Source: an uncultured Verrucomicrobiae bacterium (GTDB lineage: Bacteria; Verrucomicrobiota; Verrucomicrobiia; Chthoniobacterales; JAFAMB01). Taken from it: a DNA stretch of 64,000 bases. The stretch is from contig CAWIPH010000002.1 of assembly GCA_963837955.1 (NCBI GenBank), positions 1,088,001-1,152,000 on the forward strand, in the 5' to 3' direction. Each line of letters starts with the position of its first letter. Position 1 is the stretch's first letter. The position numbers and the translations under genes were made by a program. Below the pieces are notes generated by a model, which was not told where the DNA came from, did no database searches, and was given only the letters and a program-made list of their open reading frames with translations. Below, in pieces: positions 38,778-50,336 of the stretch.

Positions 38778-41181
38778 TCACGATTTTAGTTCCCTGGAAC
38801 TAGCGCACCGCTGTCTCATGTGCGGGCTCGGGGGTGATTCGCTTCCGCTTTTTCCGCAGCTGGCGAGACCCTGCACGAAGACGTAGCAGACCGGGATAAG
38901 AAAGATGCCGAGCAGGGTAGCAATCGTCATTCCGAACACAACTGCGGTGCCCATGACGCTGCGTGAGGCGGCGCCAGAACCGCTTGCGAGCATCAGCGGT
39001 ACACAACCGAAGATGAAGGCGAATGAAGTCATCAGGATGGGGCGCAGGCGCAGTTTCGCACCTTCGAGCGCAGCCTCAACGAGCGTCTTGCCCTCCAGGT
39101 GCCTGAGCTTGGCGAACTCCACAATCAGGATCGCGTTCTTTGCTGCCACCGCGATGAGCATCACCAGACCGATCTGCGCGTAGACGTTGTTGTCTAAGTT
39201 GCGCAAAACCAAACCGATGAATGTGCCGAGCACGACTAGTGGCGTGCAAAGCAGCACTGCAAACGGTAACGCCCAGCTTTCATACTGGGCCGCCAGCAGC
39301 AGAAACACGAACACAATAGCCATACCGAAGATTATGCCCGCTTCACCTTCCGATTTCTTCTGCTGCAGTGTCAGCCCGGACCAATCGTAGCCAAACTCGC
39401 GCGGCATGCTCTTTGCAACCTCTTCAATCGCGCTGAGCGCCTGTGCCGAGCTATAACTCGGCGACGGCGCGCCGAGAATTTCGGCGGCTAGAGAGAGATT
39501 GAAACGGGAGAGAAAGTTAGGCCCGGAAATTTGCTTAACGTCTACTAACGTGTCGAGTGGCACCATGATGCCGTCCTGGTTGCGGACGTAGAATTTCCCT
39601 ATCTGGTCGGGCTGATACGTGAACTCCGGTTCGGCTTGCAGGAAAACTTTGAATACGCGACCGAAACGCACGAAGTCATTCACATATAGGCCGCTCAAAT
39701 ATGCCTGCAGCGTCTGGAAGACGCTGTCCACCTTTACGCCTTCGGCTCGCGCTTTTTCGCGGTCGAGTACTACATTCAACTGGGGCGTGTTCGGTTGGAA
39801 GGTGGAACTTAAGCGTCCGATCTCCGGCCGTTTGGACGCCTCGGTGATGAATCGCTGCACTTGCGCCGCGAGCCGATCGACTGAGCCGCCGGAGCGATCC
39901 TCCAGTTGCATGGTAAATCCTGCAACGTTGCCGTACCCGGGGAGCGCCGGTGGACCGAAGGCGATAATGCGCGCTTCCGGAAATGTGAAGAACTTCCTAT
40001 TCCACTGGCGCGCGATCGCCGCGGCGTGCAGCTCGGGAGCCTGGCGTTTTTTCCATTCGTCAAGGCCGACAAAAATCAGTGCCGAGTTCCGCATATTGAG
40101 GCCAGTGAGAATGTTGAAGCCCGAAATCGCACAGGCCGAGCGCACGCCGTTCGTCTCCGTGACGATTTGCTCAGCCTTTTTTAGTACAGCGTCCGATCGC
40201 TGAAGCGAGGCGCCTTCAGGCAATTCAACGGCTACAAAGAGCAGCCCTTTATCCTCTTCGGGAATGAAGCCGCCGGGCACGGCTTTGGAAAGTAGCCGGA
40301 TGCCGCGTACCACAGCGACGAGCAGCAGCATCGAGCGCGCGGCTTTGCGAATTAAGAAATTGACGACAGCACCGTAGCCGCTGGTCGCACGATCGAACAC
40401 ACGATTGAATCCGGCGAAAAACCAGCCAAGCGGACCGCGGGCCGGCTGTGGTTTTCTCAGAAGTATCGCGAACAGCGCCGGACTGAGTGTGAGGGCGTTA
40501 ATAGCCGAGAAGAGGACAGCCACCGCGACGGTAAGGGCGAACTGTTGGTAGAGCTGTCCGGTAACGCCGCCCATGAAGGCCACGGGTACAAACACTGCGC
40601 ACAGAATGAGCGCTATCATAATGACAGGCCCTGACACTTCATTCATCGCTTTCACTGTCGCCTCGGGCGGGCTCAGGCCGTGCTCAAGATGGTGTTGGAC
40701 CGCTTCGACCACGACAATGGCGTCGTCTACAACGATGCCGATTGCGAGCACCAGGCCGAACAGCGTGAGGGTGTTGACGCTAAATCCGAGCAGCGGAAAG
40801 GCGATAAACGCTCCCAGCAGCGACACCGGAACGGTAAGCATGGGGATGACGGTCGCACGAAAGCTCTGGAGGAAGAGGAAGACCACCAGCAGCACAAGGA
40901 TGACCGCTTCAATCAGCGTGTGCTCGATCTCGTGCATGGAAGCCTTGATGGGTAGCGTGAAGTCCAGCGTGATCTCGTACTTCATGTGAGGCGGGAACCG
41001 CTCTTGGCGCTCTTTCAGAATACGCTTGATTTGGTCGGCCGTAGCCAGCGCATTCGCTCCAGGAGCGAGATAGACGCCGAGCGCCGCCGCGGGTGACTGG
41101 TTAAAGCCGTGCGCGCAACCCGTACGTCTGGGCGCCGAGCTCGACCCGGGCCACGTCTTTGATCTTGACCTGAGAGCCGTC
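38778..41181 (-). pseudogene. HAE1 RND efflux permease lacking its N-terminal part, with a frameshift near 41104
   Basis: LAIGIVVDDAIVVVE, KNAILIVEFA, RLRPILMTS. It begins abruptly at [16 protein letters not shown]; an extra base in the run at 41103-41105 shifts the frame. Confidence 0.85.
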
Positions 41182-41553
41182 CATGTAGGAGTAAGTCGGC
41201 GTCGCATCGAGATAGAAGTATTGCTCCTTCACATCCTCTCCGTGATTCCCTTCCGGACCCGTCAAACCAAACAGGCGCTCCTTCAGAATCGGATCTTTGC
41301 CATTCCACAACGCCAACGCGAAGCAGAGGCGGCATTGCCGATCAGCGATGCCCAGCAGGCCGTCTTCACCCCATCGGTAGGCTCGGCTTCGAGCGTGATC
41401 ATGCGGGAAGTAATCCCAACAAATACCGCCAGGGGAATAGTCCTCCCGTACCGTGGCCCATTGTCGCTCCGACAGGTAAGGTCCCCAGCGTTTCCAGTTT
41501 GCTTCGCGCTTTGCGTCGGATATGAGACGCGCTTTCTCGGCATTGCTCGCCAT
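41182..41553 (-). pseudogene. N-terminal fragment of an MGH1/GH63-like glucosidase, fused to the RND remnant
   Basis: [67 protein letters not shown]. Confidence 0.8.
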
Positions 41554-41564
41554 CGGTCACCTAC

Positions 41565-42290
41565 TCAGGCATTATTTTGCTTCATGATTTTAGTCATCGC
41601 GCCGCAACGCGACAATGAACCGTACGCAGCGCTAACATCGGCCGCCAGCGGTCTCTGCACACAAGCCGTCTGGATCGTCTCCCGTTTGTTGGGATTATAG
41701 AGCGCAAGAGTGGCGTCCCGTACAGTCCCGGTCTTGGTGCCAACCGGATTGAAATCGACCGCAGCGGTAACCGGAACTGCTAGGCCACGAGGCGGCAGAA
41801 AGTATTTCCCAGGATCTGCCGGTTTATGCACTCCTACTAAGACGCCGCCCCAACCATTGGTGCGCCGTGCAAGAATGCGAATTTTCGCCCGCAATTGTCG
41901 TGTAGTGCGGAGTGAGTCGAAGTATGCGGGGTCCCAAGTGCCTGTTTCGCGCGAACCGCTGGTGAAGTGTAATCGGTAAGTGTGACCGTCCACCGAAATC
42001 GTTTCGGTTCGGTTCCAGAGTGCAGGAGTGGCTTGTAGAAGGAGCGCCATTTCTTGGCAGGCGCTGTTGTACGTCAATTGAGAGCCTGTGGTTCGGGCCG
42101 GTTGACGCGTCTAGGTAGTACCCCACCGCTGTCGTTGGATTGGCACGGGCCCGGCGCGCCTGATCCAGACTGATTTGACCTTGCGAATGTGGCCCATTGG
42201 CAGGCTGAACGACACACCCAGTGGAGATGGTGAGACACAACATACGAGCAGAAAAAGTTTGCCCAGCTTCCGATTCAAGGCCTTAACCGA
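41565..42290 (-). pseudogene. Fragmented lipoprotein gene (possibly an alpha/beta-hydrolase N-terminal region)
   Basis: Lipobox-like ISTGC and AVGYYLDA, then in another frame YNSACQE..GWGGVLVG..PVTAAVDF..LYNP..PLAADVSA; truncated. Confidence 0.45.
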
Positions 42291-42573
42291 GTCGATTCTA
42301 TTTTGAGTTTCATCGGGTGACGTTTTAGTGGCGGGCCAACCTTGGCAGATTACTAGTTCTGGAGACAAATTGTCAGTAGATTTGTCACGCTCTGGCATGC
42401 ATCGAAATAGGATCTTATTGGTCAATCCAGCGCGCACCCAGGGTAGATCCGGTGGAAGTTTGGTTGCCCACTCCCCTTAAGGACTATAGCGGAAGTGCGG
42501 ATCGTGTTTTAGAATTGACATTGGATTTAACCACCGCCGCGATATGCGCGGAACCATCGCTACTTTCTTTCCT

Positions 42574-43089
42574 ATGCGCCTTCTGTTCGTTGCTACCAGT
42601 ATTTTGCTGTTTTCGGCTTCTCCAGCGTTCGGCTTGGCCAACTTTAACGGGACGTGGACCGTTGATCTTCGCGCCTCCAGCGCTCCGGATCCGATTTTGA
42701 AGCATTTGGGATTGTCTTGGATCGAACGCCAGTTTGCGGGATCACTACAGCTGGAAGCGACTTATATTCAGACTCCGCAGTTGTTAACCGTAGAACTCCG
42801 AGGTCTTGGATTTCGACGGAAGGACGTGATGCGCATCGATAATAAACCCGAGACGAACGAAGACCCGCGTATGGGGCGATACACCATTCGCACTTTTTGG
42901 TCCGATAATGGGACAAAGCTTGTCTCCGCTATTTCCTTCCAGACCAAGGACTCGCGCAATGCCCAATTTACTATTGTTCGGGAACTGGCCGATGGGGGAA
43001 AGACGCTCATACTAACCGGCACTCTCAAAATAGCCGGTGAATCGGGAACACATACTGGCCGCCGTGTCTGGAGAAGCCGGGGATCTTGA
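42574..43089 (+). CDS. Secreted hypothetical protein, lipocalin/FABP-like beta barrel
   Basis: Signal peptide, NFNGTWTVD, LGLSWIERQ, RELADGGKTLILT. Confidence 0.65.
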   Translation: MRLLFVATSILLFSASPAFGLANFNGTWTVDLRASSAPDPILKHLGLSWIERQFAGSLQLEATYIQTPQLLTVELRGLGFRRKDVMRIDNKPETNEDPRMGRYTIRTFWSDNGTKLVSAISFQTKDSRNAQFTIVRELADGGKTLILTGTLKIAGESGTHTGRRVWRSRGS

Positions 43090-43294
43090 ACAATTTCTGC
43101 CGGTCGTAATATTGGATATTAGTGCGGCACCTGAAGCATCAGACAGACGTTCTGGCGTCGTTAACGGTCCACGGCCGGATTTCTTTTTTGGTTGCAGCAG
43201 AAGCGCCGAAACCGCAGGACTGAATGTTAATGCATTAAAGCCCGCTGAGCGACCTGGTCACAGTTATTCGGGCCAGAGCCCAGGCGAGGCTTAA

Positions 43295-43596
43295 TCAATT
43301 AAAGATCCAACTGTCAAACCAGATCTCGACAACATTGAAGGGCCAGCTCAATTGGCTCCTTCGCTCGAACCGACGATTGGTTCGACCCATACATCGGTTT
43401 GTGGGCGCGCTACAATTTGAGCGATGCGTTATACCTAACCACAAAGGCAGGCGTCGGCGCTCGGCCACCAGATTACACCGCAACTTTTTTTTCGGAGGTT
43501 GGTTTCCGGTACCTGTATGACGATTACGACTCGGGCGGTTTGCTCTATCCGGTTTCCATGTGCGGTCCAGAGTTGACCGTTGGTTTTAAATTCTGA
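43295..43596 (+). pseudogene. C-terminal remnant of an outer-membrane beta-barrel gene
   Basis: PYIG..ARYNLSDALYLTTKAG, SEVGFRYLYDDYDSGG..GPELTVGFKF with terminal Phe; frameshifted and lacking a start. Confidence 0.55.
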
Positions 43597-43787
43597 GACA
43601 ATGAAGCTGATTCCTCTTGCACTATGCACCATATTTCTGCTAACCCGGTTCTCTCTTCGTCAAATCGGGGAAAATCTGAAGCAATGCACAACAAAATACA
43701 GTGCAATTCTCGATAAGGACGCAAGAATGGCACAAGTTCAAAAGCGAGCGTGCGGCAGGCGATAATCTGCCCGACTTAGCCAAAATG

Positions 43788-44801
43788 AATCGCATCAATA
43801 ACTCCGACGGACACGAGGCGAGCCGCGCTCGGCTCTCCAATGGTCTCGTGAATGATGAAGGCAAATGGCTGCTCTTGAGCGGCCGCGGATTGGAGCGGAA
43901 AACCAGCCCTGGAGTCAAAAGTCTTGCTCGTTGGGTCGCAACCTGTGCTTTGCTTTTCAGCCCGTGCGTTCCGGTTCATGCAGATGTCGATTTCTCGAAC
44001 TATATACCCCGTTATTCCAGCAGATCGTAAACAGCATTAAGGCCAAGATCGCGCGCGTGTGGGGGAGGGCGTCAATAAACGGGACCGCTATTTTATTATT
44101 CCGTTCGCTTACCAGGACAGATCGAATAAGCCGGACTTTTCGCACTCGTTCATCTCGGTGGTCCGCGTGCTCGCCGATAACAAGCAGCCAAGCTTCACCT
44201 CAGGACTCAGAAAAGGGAAATTCATGAACCGAGATTTTGAAGCATTCACCATCAGCTGGCTGCCTCACGATTTCGATAAGAATCCGCACCTGTGCGTTTT
44301 CGATGGCATCGGCAGTCGCGTTGATCCGAAAAAGAACAAATGTCGTCCCTCCGTCGGAAGAAACTTCAGGCTGGATGAAACACTGAAGCTCGCGGTGAAT
44401 GTCAAAAATGGAGTCTGCATGTGGGGCCCCTACGAGATCAAAAAAGAGGCGTTTGATCGCGGCGTGAAACGGAAGCGGTTGCTCGACGGCGGAACTATCC
44501 GTTATATAGCCGACGACCGCCTTTATCGTAAGGATGGAGTCGCGATCAATTGTTTCCATGCAATGGCGGGGCTGGAAGAACTTTACCCTAACGGCGGATT
44601 TCTTGGGACTGGATGGAGGATGGGGGCATCAATGGCACCGCCCGAGTTCTGATCGAATACACCAAGTCGGTTCGTGCCAAAGGGATGCTCCTCGAGCCGG
44701 TCGATTACAAGAAAGACCTCTACGGATTTGTGTACGCCCCGGAGCGGAATAGCAGTGGCGTCTACGATCCTTTCCCGAACGCTTCCGCGTACCACGATTA
44801 G
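43788..44801 (+). pseudogene. Secreted hypothetical protein split across three frames
   Basis: Signal-like PVHA-DVDF, then the 44059-44652 body (HSF, FTISWLP, WGPYEI, AINCFHAMAG), then GINGTARVL..; consecutive pieces join by 1-nt shifts. Confidence 0.55.
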
Positions 44802-45099
44802 TTTTTTGAAAGGCTGGGCAGGCGGGAGAGCGACTCGGCATTGCGTTTGCTCTAAATGCATCGTTTGGGACACTCCTGTCGGCGGGCCACGGATCTTGCT
44901 TTCGTCCGTCGTCCATCGGCAACCTGTTTATGTTGAGTTGGATGCGGAGCGGATAGAGAGCTTGGCATAGCAAAAGCCAATGCGGGACGCAATTGGAAAA
45001 CCAAATGCGCCCCATGCCGCAATCGATCCGATCCTGCAAACACCTCTGCAGACTGGTCGTGCCCAGCAGGGGAGCCCCTTCTCTTGAGCCTTGAACAGG

Positions 45100-45243
45100 A
45101 AAGGGACCACAAGTATTGATGTCGAGCCTTATCCGTTCGATTTCGAACCGGAACACACAGCGTTAGTGATTATCGACATGCAACGCGATTTTTTGGAGCC
45201 GGTGGCTTTGGCGAGATGCTCGGAAACGATGTGTCTCGTCTAG
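45100..45243 (+). pseudogene. N-terminal fragment of an isochorismatase-family cysteine hydrolase (biuret hydrolase-like)
   Basis: [26 protein letters not shown](G)[13 protein letters not shown]; not captured by the ORF track. Confidence 0.75.
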
Positions 45244-45663
45244 GCAATGCGATGTCCCGCTGGAGATCCTGTTGGCGGTGGGCACGTTCGATGCGACGCG
45301 AGTGTCGTCGGCACACGGACATGACCATCGCGATGTTCATGCATGCCACGATCCGAACTGCGGCCACAACTCGAACCATAGCCCGACATTCAGTACTTGG
45401 AGCTTCGAGGCGGATCGGCCGCTCTCTTCGAGGCGCTGCGTGAGGTGGGACGCCGCCTTCCAACCAGCATCTATCGTTGCAAGGGCGTCATCTACACCGC
45501 CGATGTCCCCGGCTGCCGCGCCGCGCTGCAGGTCGTGGGTAAGCGTGTGAACCTGGTACCGGAGGGCAAGTGGGGTCCGAAGCAGCCACGAACGCAGATT
45601 GTGGTCATCGGCGCACCCGGCAGCGTAAACGTGGAGTCGCTACAAAAGGAGTTCGCTTCCTGA
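45244..45663 (+). pseudogene. C-terminal fragment of a CobW/COG0523 GTPase metallochaperone
   Basis: CDVPLEILL, His-rich HGHDHRDVHACH, FSTWSF..RPL, LPTSIYRCKGVI, LQVVGKR, QIVVIG. Confidence 0.8.
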
Positions 45664-47181
45664 TACCGAACTGCAGGCCGTGAAAACGCCTGGCTGCGCT
45701 CTTCGCCGGCCCCGGCGAACGCGGCGCGGCCCAGCTGATCGGACTGACTCGATCGGGCTACCGGTACGGTGCAGTTGCCACGACTGTCCTGCGCGTCGTT
45801 CGGCGTGCCACGCCGGCAACGCTGACCGGGGTGGCAGCCGGCCGACGCACGCATAGGCGGTGGTGACGAACGACGTCGATCTCGGGCCGCCGCTGGGCAA
45901 TATGCTTCCGCCCCAAAGCAACCCAAGAACGCGAAGGGGAGCGCGGGCGGAAGAGAGGAGGGTGCGGCTGCGAAACAGATCGAGAAGGAGATGAGAGGCG
46001 AGCTAGAGGGGTGGTGAAGAGAACAGTGGATCGACTAGTGGTTCAGTTTGAACACACTGTATGCGGCGCAGCGGCACGTTGCTGTGATGACGAACTGCGG
46101 GGAATCGCGTCGTCGCCGATTTGCACCGAAGATTGAGTCGGTCTCCTCGGTACGGAAGCGAACAGCTCGCATGTGATGCCGAAGATATCGCCGAGGAATT
46201 CGGATCGAATAATTGCCGAGGGATTATGACAGGACAGAAGCAGACGCCGCCAGAGCAAAGTATTATGTAGTTGTGATAACTGGTGAAGAGCTGGCGCGGT
46301 GATTGCATATGTTTGATGCGGCGTAGAGCGTGCGGTTTGCGTAAAGAACAGATAGAGCTCGTGCGAGAGGCTGACCAGAACTTGTGGGGGCGCAAAAGCG
46401 CGTGAGGGAGCTGGTGTACTGAATTTTCTGGAGTGGGCGTGATTACTTAGATGGAAGAATAGAAGGTGAACTGGATAGTTGCTGGCGGGATGAAGTCGAC
46501 ATCGCTTGAGAACGGCGCGCGCATCCCGTCGAGTGCGCGGCGCGCGCGCGGGGACAGGACAGACGTGGACCACGATGCAACAACGCGGAACAGGTGCGAG
46601 CACGTCCGCAGGCCGCATGACCGCCAACCCCTTAGTGTGTGCGATCGACCGGGCGGCGGCACCGAAGCGAGTGGCAGCTAGCAAGGTGAAAAATATCGCC
46701 GGAAAGAATTCGGTCAAATAATTCCGAGGGTGATCACGCAACACAATTAGTCCCGATAGTGGGGAGCAGCTGCAAGTTTTGCTTTGAGGTAGAACCGCGC
46801 TTCGCTGCACTGTGCGCTAATAGTACGATCAGGTACCGGGGACATAACGCAGTATCAATCCGTTCAGAATGGATTATGAATTCAATATGCAATTCGTTCA
46901 TTGAATAATTTGCGGTGTGTGGTTCAAGCTGTGCGTGCATTTAAGGGTAGTGAAAGTGGAAAGGGTAGACGACTGACGAAACCTCCCCTAACTATTACCC
47001 TACATAACCCCTTTTATGTTTAACAACTCCGCTAGCCCGCTAGTTGACCGCGTGTCCACGGGGCCGCTATCCAATCAATGGTTCCGCTCCCGTGTCCAAG
47101 CTCTGTTAGGACGGCTGTAAATTTAACCTAACAAGAACGATGCATCTCCGATCCGCCTAAAAAACCAAATGCAGCCACGGC

Positions 47182-47823
47182 TTATTCTTTCCAAGCAGAG
47201 TTCAGAATAATCGAACAGAAGTTCATTCGCTGGAAACTTGGATTGTGCAACACCAGCACATCATCGTTGACAGTCCCAAATGTTGTCTCCGGCTTGTGTT
47301 TAAAACCTTCGTTGAAAGCTTTGATTATTTCCTCTTTGAAATGGTTTCCCCGCGGGTGTGCGGCCACGATCGCCGCGCGTTGAGAATCAGAAAATCCATC
47401 ATAGTCGATACCGAGGACATCCATTTCCACCCCTGCCGTTACCAGAGCGACTTCTGGCTTTTTATGTTGAGGGATACCCGGCGTTGTATGTAGAGCGATG
47501 GCATCCCATACAACATCAATCGATGTCTCAGGAACCCCATGTTGTTTTAAAAAAGTGCGAGCAGCGTTTGCGCCGTCTACCTCAAAGCGTTCCGTAGCAC
47601 TACTATACTGTTTGGTAAGGCCGATGTCGTGGAACAGAGCGCCGATATATAGTAGCTCGGGGTCAAATTTCAGGTTCTTGCGGATGCCTGCTAGCGCTCC
47701 CCAAAGATAGACCCGGGTCGAATGATGGAACAGAAGAGGCGGTTCTGTATCCCGAATTAATTGAGTCGCTTCCTGAGCAAGTTTGCTATCGGGAATGCGG
47801 ATGTCCGCTATTGAGTTAGTCAT
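47182..47823 (-). CDS. HD-domain protein
   Basis: HHSTRVY, ALFHDIG, RFEVDGA, WDAIALHTTP. Confidence 0.9.
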   Translation of the reverse strand: MTNSIADIRIPDSKLAQEATQLIRDTEPPLLFHHSTRVYLWGALAGIRKNLKFDPELLYIGALFHDIGLTKQYSSATERFEVDGANAARTFLKQHGVPETSIDVVWDAIALHTTPGIPQHKKPEVALVTAGVEMDVLGIDYDGFSDSQRAAIVAAHPRGNHFKEEIIKAFNEGFKHKPETTFGTVNDDVLVLHNPSFQRMNFCSIILNSAWKE

Positions 47824-47891
47824 AACCGAATCCTAGCTCGATCAAATTGATCAGCTACGCCAACCACCCGACAATTCGTGCCATTCCGGCC

Positions 47892-48890
47892 TCAGATGCC
47901 GGAGGAGCGGAATCGGCTTCGATACTCGCTAGGTGTTGAGTCCAACAGCCTAAGGAAGCTTCGGCGCATCGCATCAGCGCTTCCGAGTCCGCAGCGAGCA
48001 GCTATTTCGTCTAGACTTTTGGCAGTCCGCTCGATCTGCCTTCGGGCCGCTTCGACACGCAATTCCTCCACGAATCGGGCGGGGGATTTTCCAACGGTGC
48101 CGGTAAAGACGCGATGAAAATTGCGCGGACTCATGGCCGTACGGCTTGCCAAGACAGGAATGGATAGGTCCTTATCCAGGTGTTCCGCAATCCAAACGAT
48201 CAGTTCATGCAGTGCATTCTTCTCCCCAGTCTGAGAACCGAGGGAAACACTGAACTGAGCCTGAGTCCCTGGACGACGAAGAAAAACGACGAGATTGCGA
48301 GCCACTTCCAGTGCCAGAGACGAGCCGTGGTCTTCCTCAACCAAAGCTAATGAAAGATCGATGCCCGAGGTGACTCCTGCCGAGGTATATATATTTCCGT
48401 CTTGAATCCAAATTGGTGTAGGATCCACCTTAACTTTAGGAAAGCGGCTCTCTAGCTCGCTCGCAAAGGCCCAGTGGGTCGTTACCCGCCGTCCATCAAG
48501 TAGACCGGCTCGGGCCAGCAAAAAAGCACCGGTACATATAGAGCCAACGCGCCGACTTTTCGCTGCTGCCTTGCGCATCCACTTCAATGCGCTCTCGGTT
48601 GGATGCCCCTCTTCGCTTCCAACTCCGCCCGGAACCAGTAAGGTATCGATTTCTCCACGAAAGGATCGATAGTCCTGGTGGCATAGGAGGGAGAGACCGC
48701 TCATCCCAACGATTTCATCTTTGCTACCCGTCCGTATTACGGTGACTTCGTAAAGCGGCCGTTTTCCAGATAATCGGTTAGCGGTTGAAAAAACATCGAG
48801 GGGGCCCACGATATCGATTTCTCGCACCGGCGGAAACACCAGGAGGGCAATTCGTTTCCTTTCAGAAAATGGGGGCTTCGGATGGAACAT
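47892..48890 (-). CDS. GlxA-family AraC regulator (DJ-1/PfpI + HTH)
   Basis: LLVPGG, SICTGAFLLA..GLLDGRRVTTHW, TSAGVTSGID, MSPRNF, TPSEYRSRF. Confidence 0.92.
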   Translation of the reverse strand: MFHPKPPFSERKRIALLVFPPVREIDIVGPLDVFSTANRLSGKRPLYEVTVIRTGSKDEIVGMSGLSLLCHQDYRSFRGEIDTLLVPGGVGSEEGHPTESALKWMRKAAAKSRRVGSICTGAFLLARAGLLDGRRVTTHWAFASELESRFPKVKVDPTPIWIQDGNIYTSAGVTSGIDLSLALVEEDHGSSLALEVARNLVVFLRRPGTQAQFSVSLGSQTGEKNALHELIVWIAEHLDKDLSIPVLASRTAMSPRNFHRVFTGTVGKSPARFVEELRVEAARRQIERTAKSLDEIAARCGLGSADAMRRSFLRLLDSTPSEYRSRFRSSGI

Positions 48891-49394
48891 CTGTCTAATG
48901 ACATGCCATAATACAACTGAGGGGACTGCTGGCAAAGGGACAATTCTCTTCTAAAACTCTCCGAGTCGGCATCCTCTCAAGAGCTCGCTGATCCGGTGTT
49001 GCTTCAAATTGCCGAGGCCCAAAAAATATTGTTTCCGGAGCTTATCTCAACGCGCAGTCACGGCATCCCGGCTTCGAGCAACTCTAGATACTTGATCCTT
49101 CAGACACGACCCTGTACGCGATGCTTGGGGTGCGGTCACATAGTGCGCTCGGCTCTAAGAATTTTCCTGCACAGCCAATCCCGCCGATGCTTACGGAAAT
49201 GATATTCCCCACCAACTCCTCAATCCTCATCAGGCATCACTGGGCACCGTATTCGGGTGGGCTTCCACGATGGCCATATGCTCAGGCGTGTCCACAGCCG
49301 TGGGACTGGGAACAGCAAAGGCGGTTCCGATCCGGAAGGGACATGGTTATAGTTGCTCAGCAATTTGTTGGTGCGGTAACTGGTTTCAAGGGTG

Positions 49395-49557
49395 CCGTCC
49401 CGCTAGGGACGATCGAAACTTTGGTGTAATGGTTTCCAATTGCGACTTCACCAGCGCAGAGGGTGAATCGATCGTCCCAAGCGGGACGGACGCGTCTTCA
49501 ATGCTATCCCAGCAATGAAGTGCTGGGCTAATTCCACTCTGTCCCTCCCGGGACAGA
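49395..49557. repeat. REP-like palindrome cluster (GTCCC..GGGAC family)
   Basis: 22-bp inverted pair at 49395-49416 and 49468-49489 (21/22). Followed by CCCAGCA-ATGAAG-TGCTGGG (49508-49527) and TCTGTCCC..GGGACAGA (49538-49557). Confidence 0.85.
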
Positions 49558-50336
49558 TCTCTTCACATACGCGCACAGCACTTGACTTCTCATGAGGGTG
49601 GCCAGCGAGGTGCTGAATACTATCAAAAACAGCCGCCAAGCCGCCTTCAAACCTGAAAGGGATGCGAGAAAACGATTGGGTCCCAGTCCGCGCCGAACGG
49701 CAAAACGTTCGTGCGTGTTCGACTCTGTTCTGTTTACAGGGGACACCCGACGCTCAACCGGCCATTCGGACAGAGATACCGGCAGTTCAGACAAAAAAGG
49801 ACCGATCCGTGAATTGAGTGCTTAGATACCTGCGCTCGCGCTCCCCCTAACCTCAATCAAATCGGGGAAATGGATAAGGCTCATAAAAAATTCAGCGCGG
49901 GTGAGTCCCCGCTCACATCGATGTCCATTTCCATGGTCGGTTCCGCCGCTCACTACTGCCCGATCCAATTTATCGTTGGATCAGACCAATCATGGCAGGA
50001 ACCGATCGTACTCAATGCCTTGGGCGCCAAGGACCTAGGCAGACGGGAAACCAGCCGGCCAGCAGATGTCTTGCTTAAATCTTCGGTTCAATCACGAAGC
50101 TAAGTAAACGTGTCTAGATTAAAGGGACCGAAAATAGCCTTACCCACGTGCATCTGGGCGCAACCTAGCGGACGGCGCGAATGAACGACTCGCTCCAAAG
50201 GCTCCGGGTCCCTTGAGCCCAAAGACGGATAGTTAGCGCTAACTGACATTAAGGCTACGACAGCAGGACTTTCAGGGCAGTTATCCGGTTGCTGTGCTCA
50301 ATCCCTAACGAGATAGACCCCACCCACATCCAGAGT

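Noticed and set aside
44800..45100. Guanidine riboswitch or sigma-54 promoter before the cysteine-hydrolase fragment
   Set aside because: No ykkC or paired ACGR-loop hairpin pattern recognised; TGGCATAGCAAAAGC lacks the TT of the -12 box.
46043..46810. 255-aa minus-strand ORF
   Set aside because: Ser/Arg/Pro/His-rich composition, no motif and no RBS; probably spurious.
46965..46990. CTGACGAAAC as a hammerhead ribozyme core
   Set aside because: No stem II between CTGANGA and GAAA, and no supporting stems.
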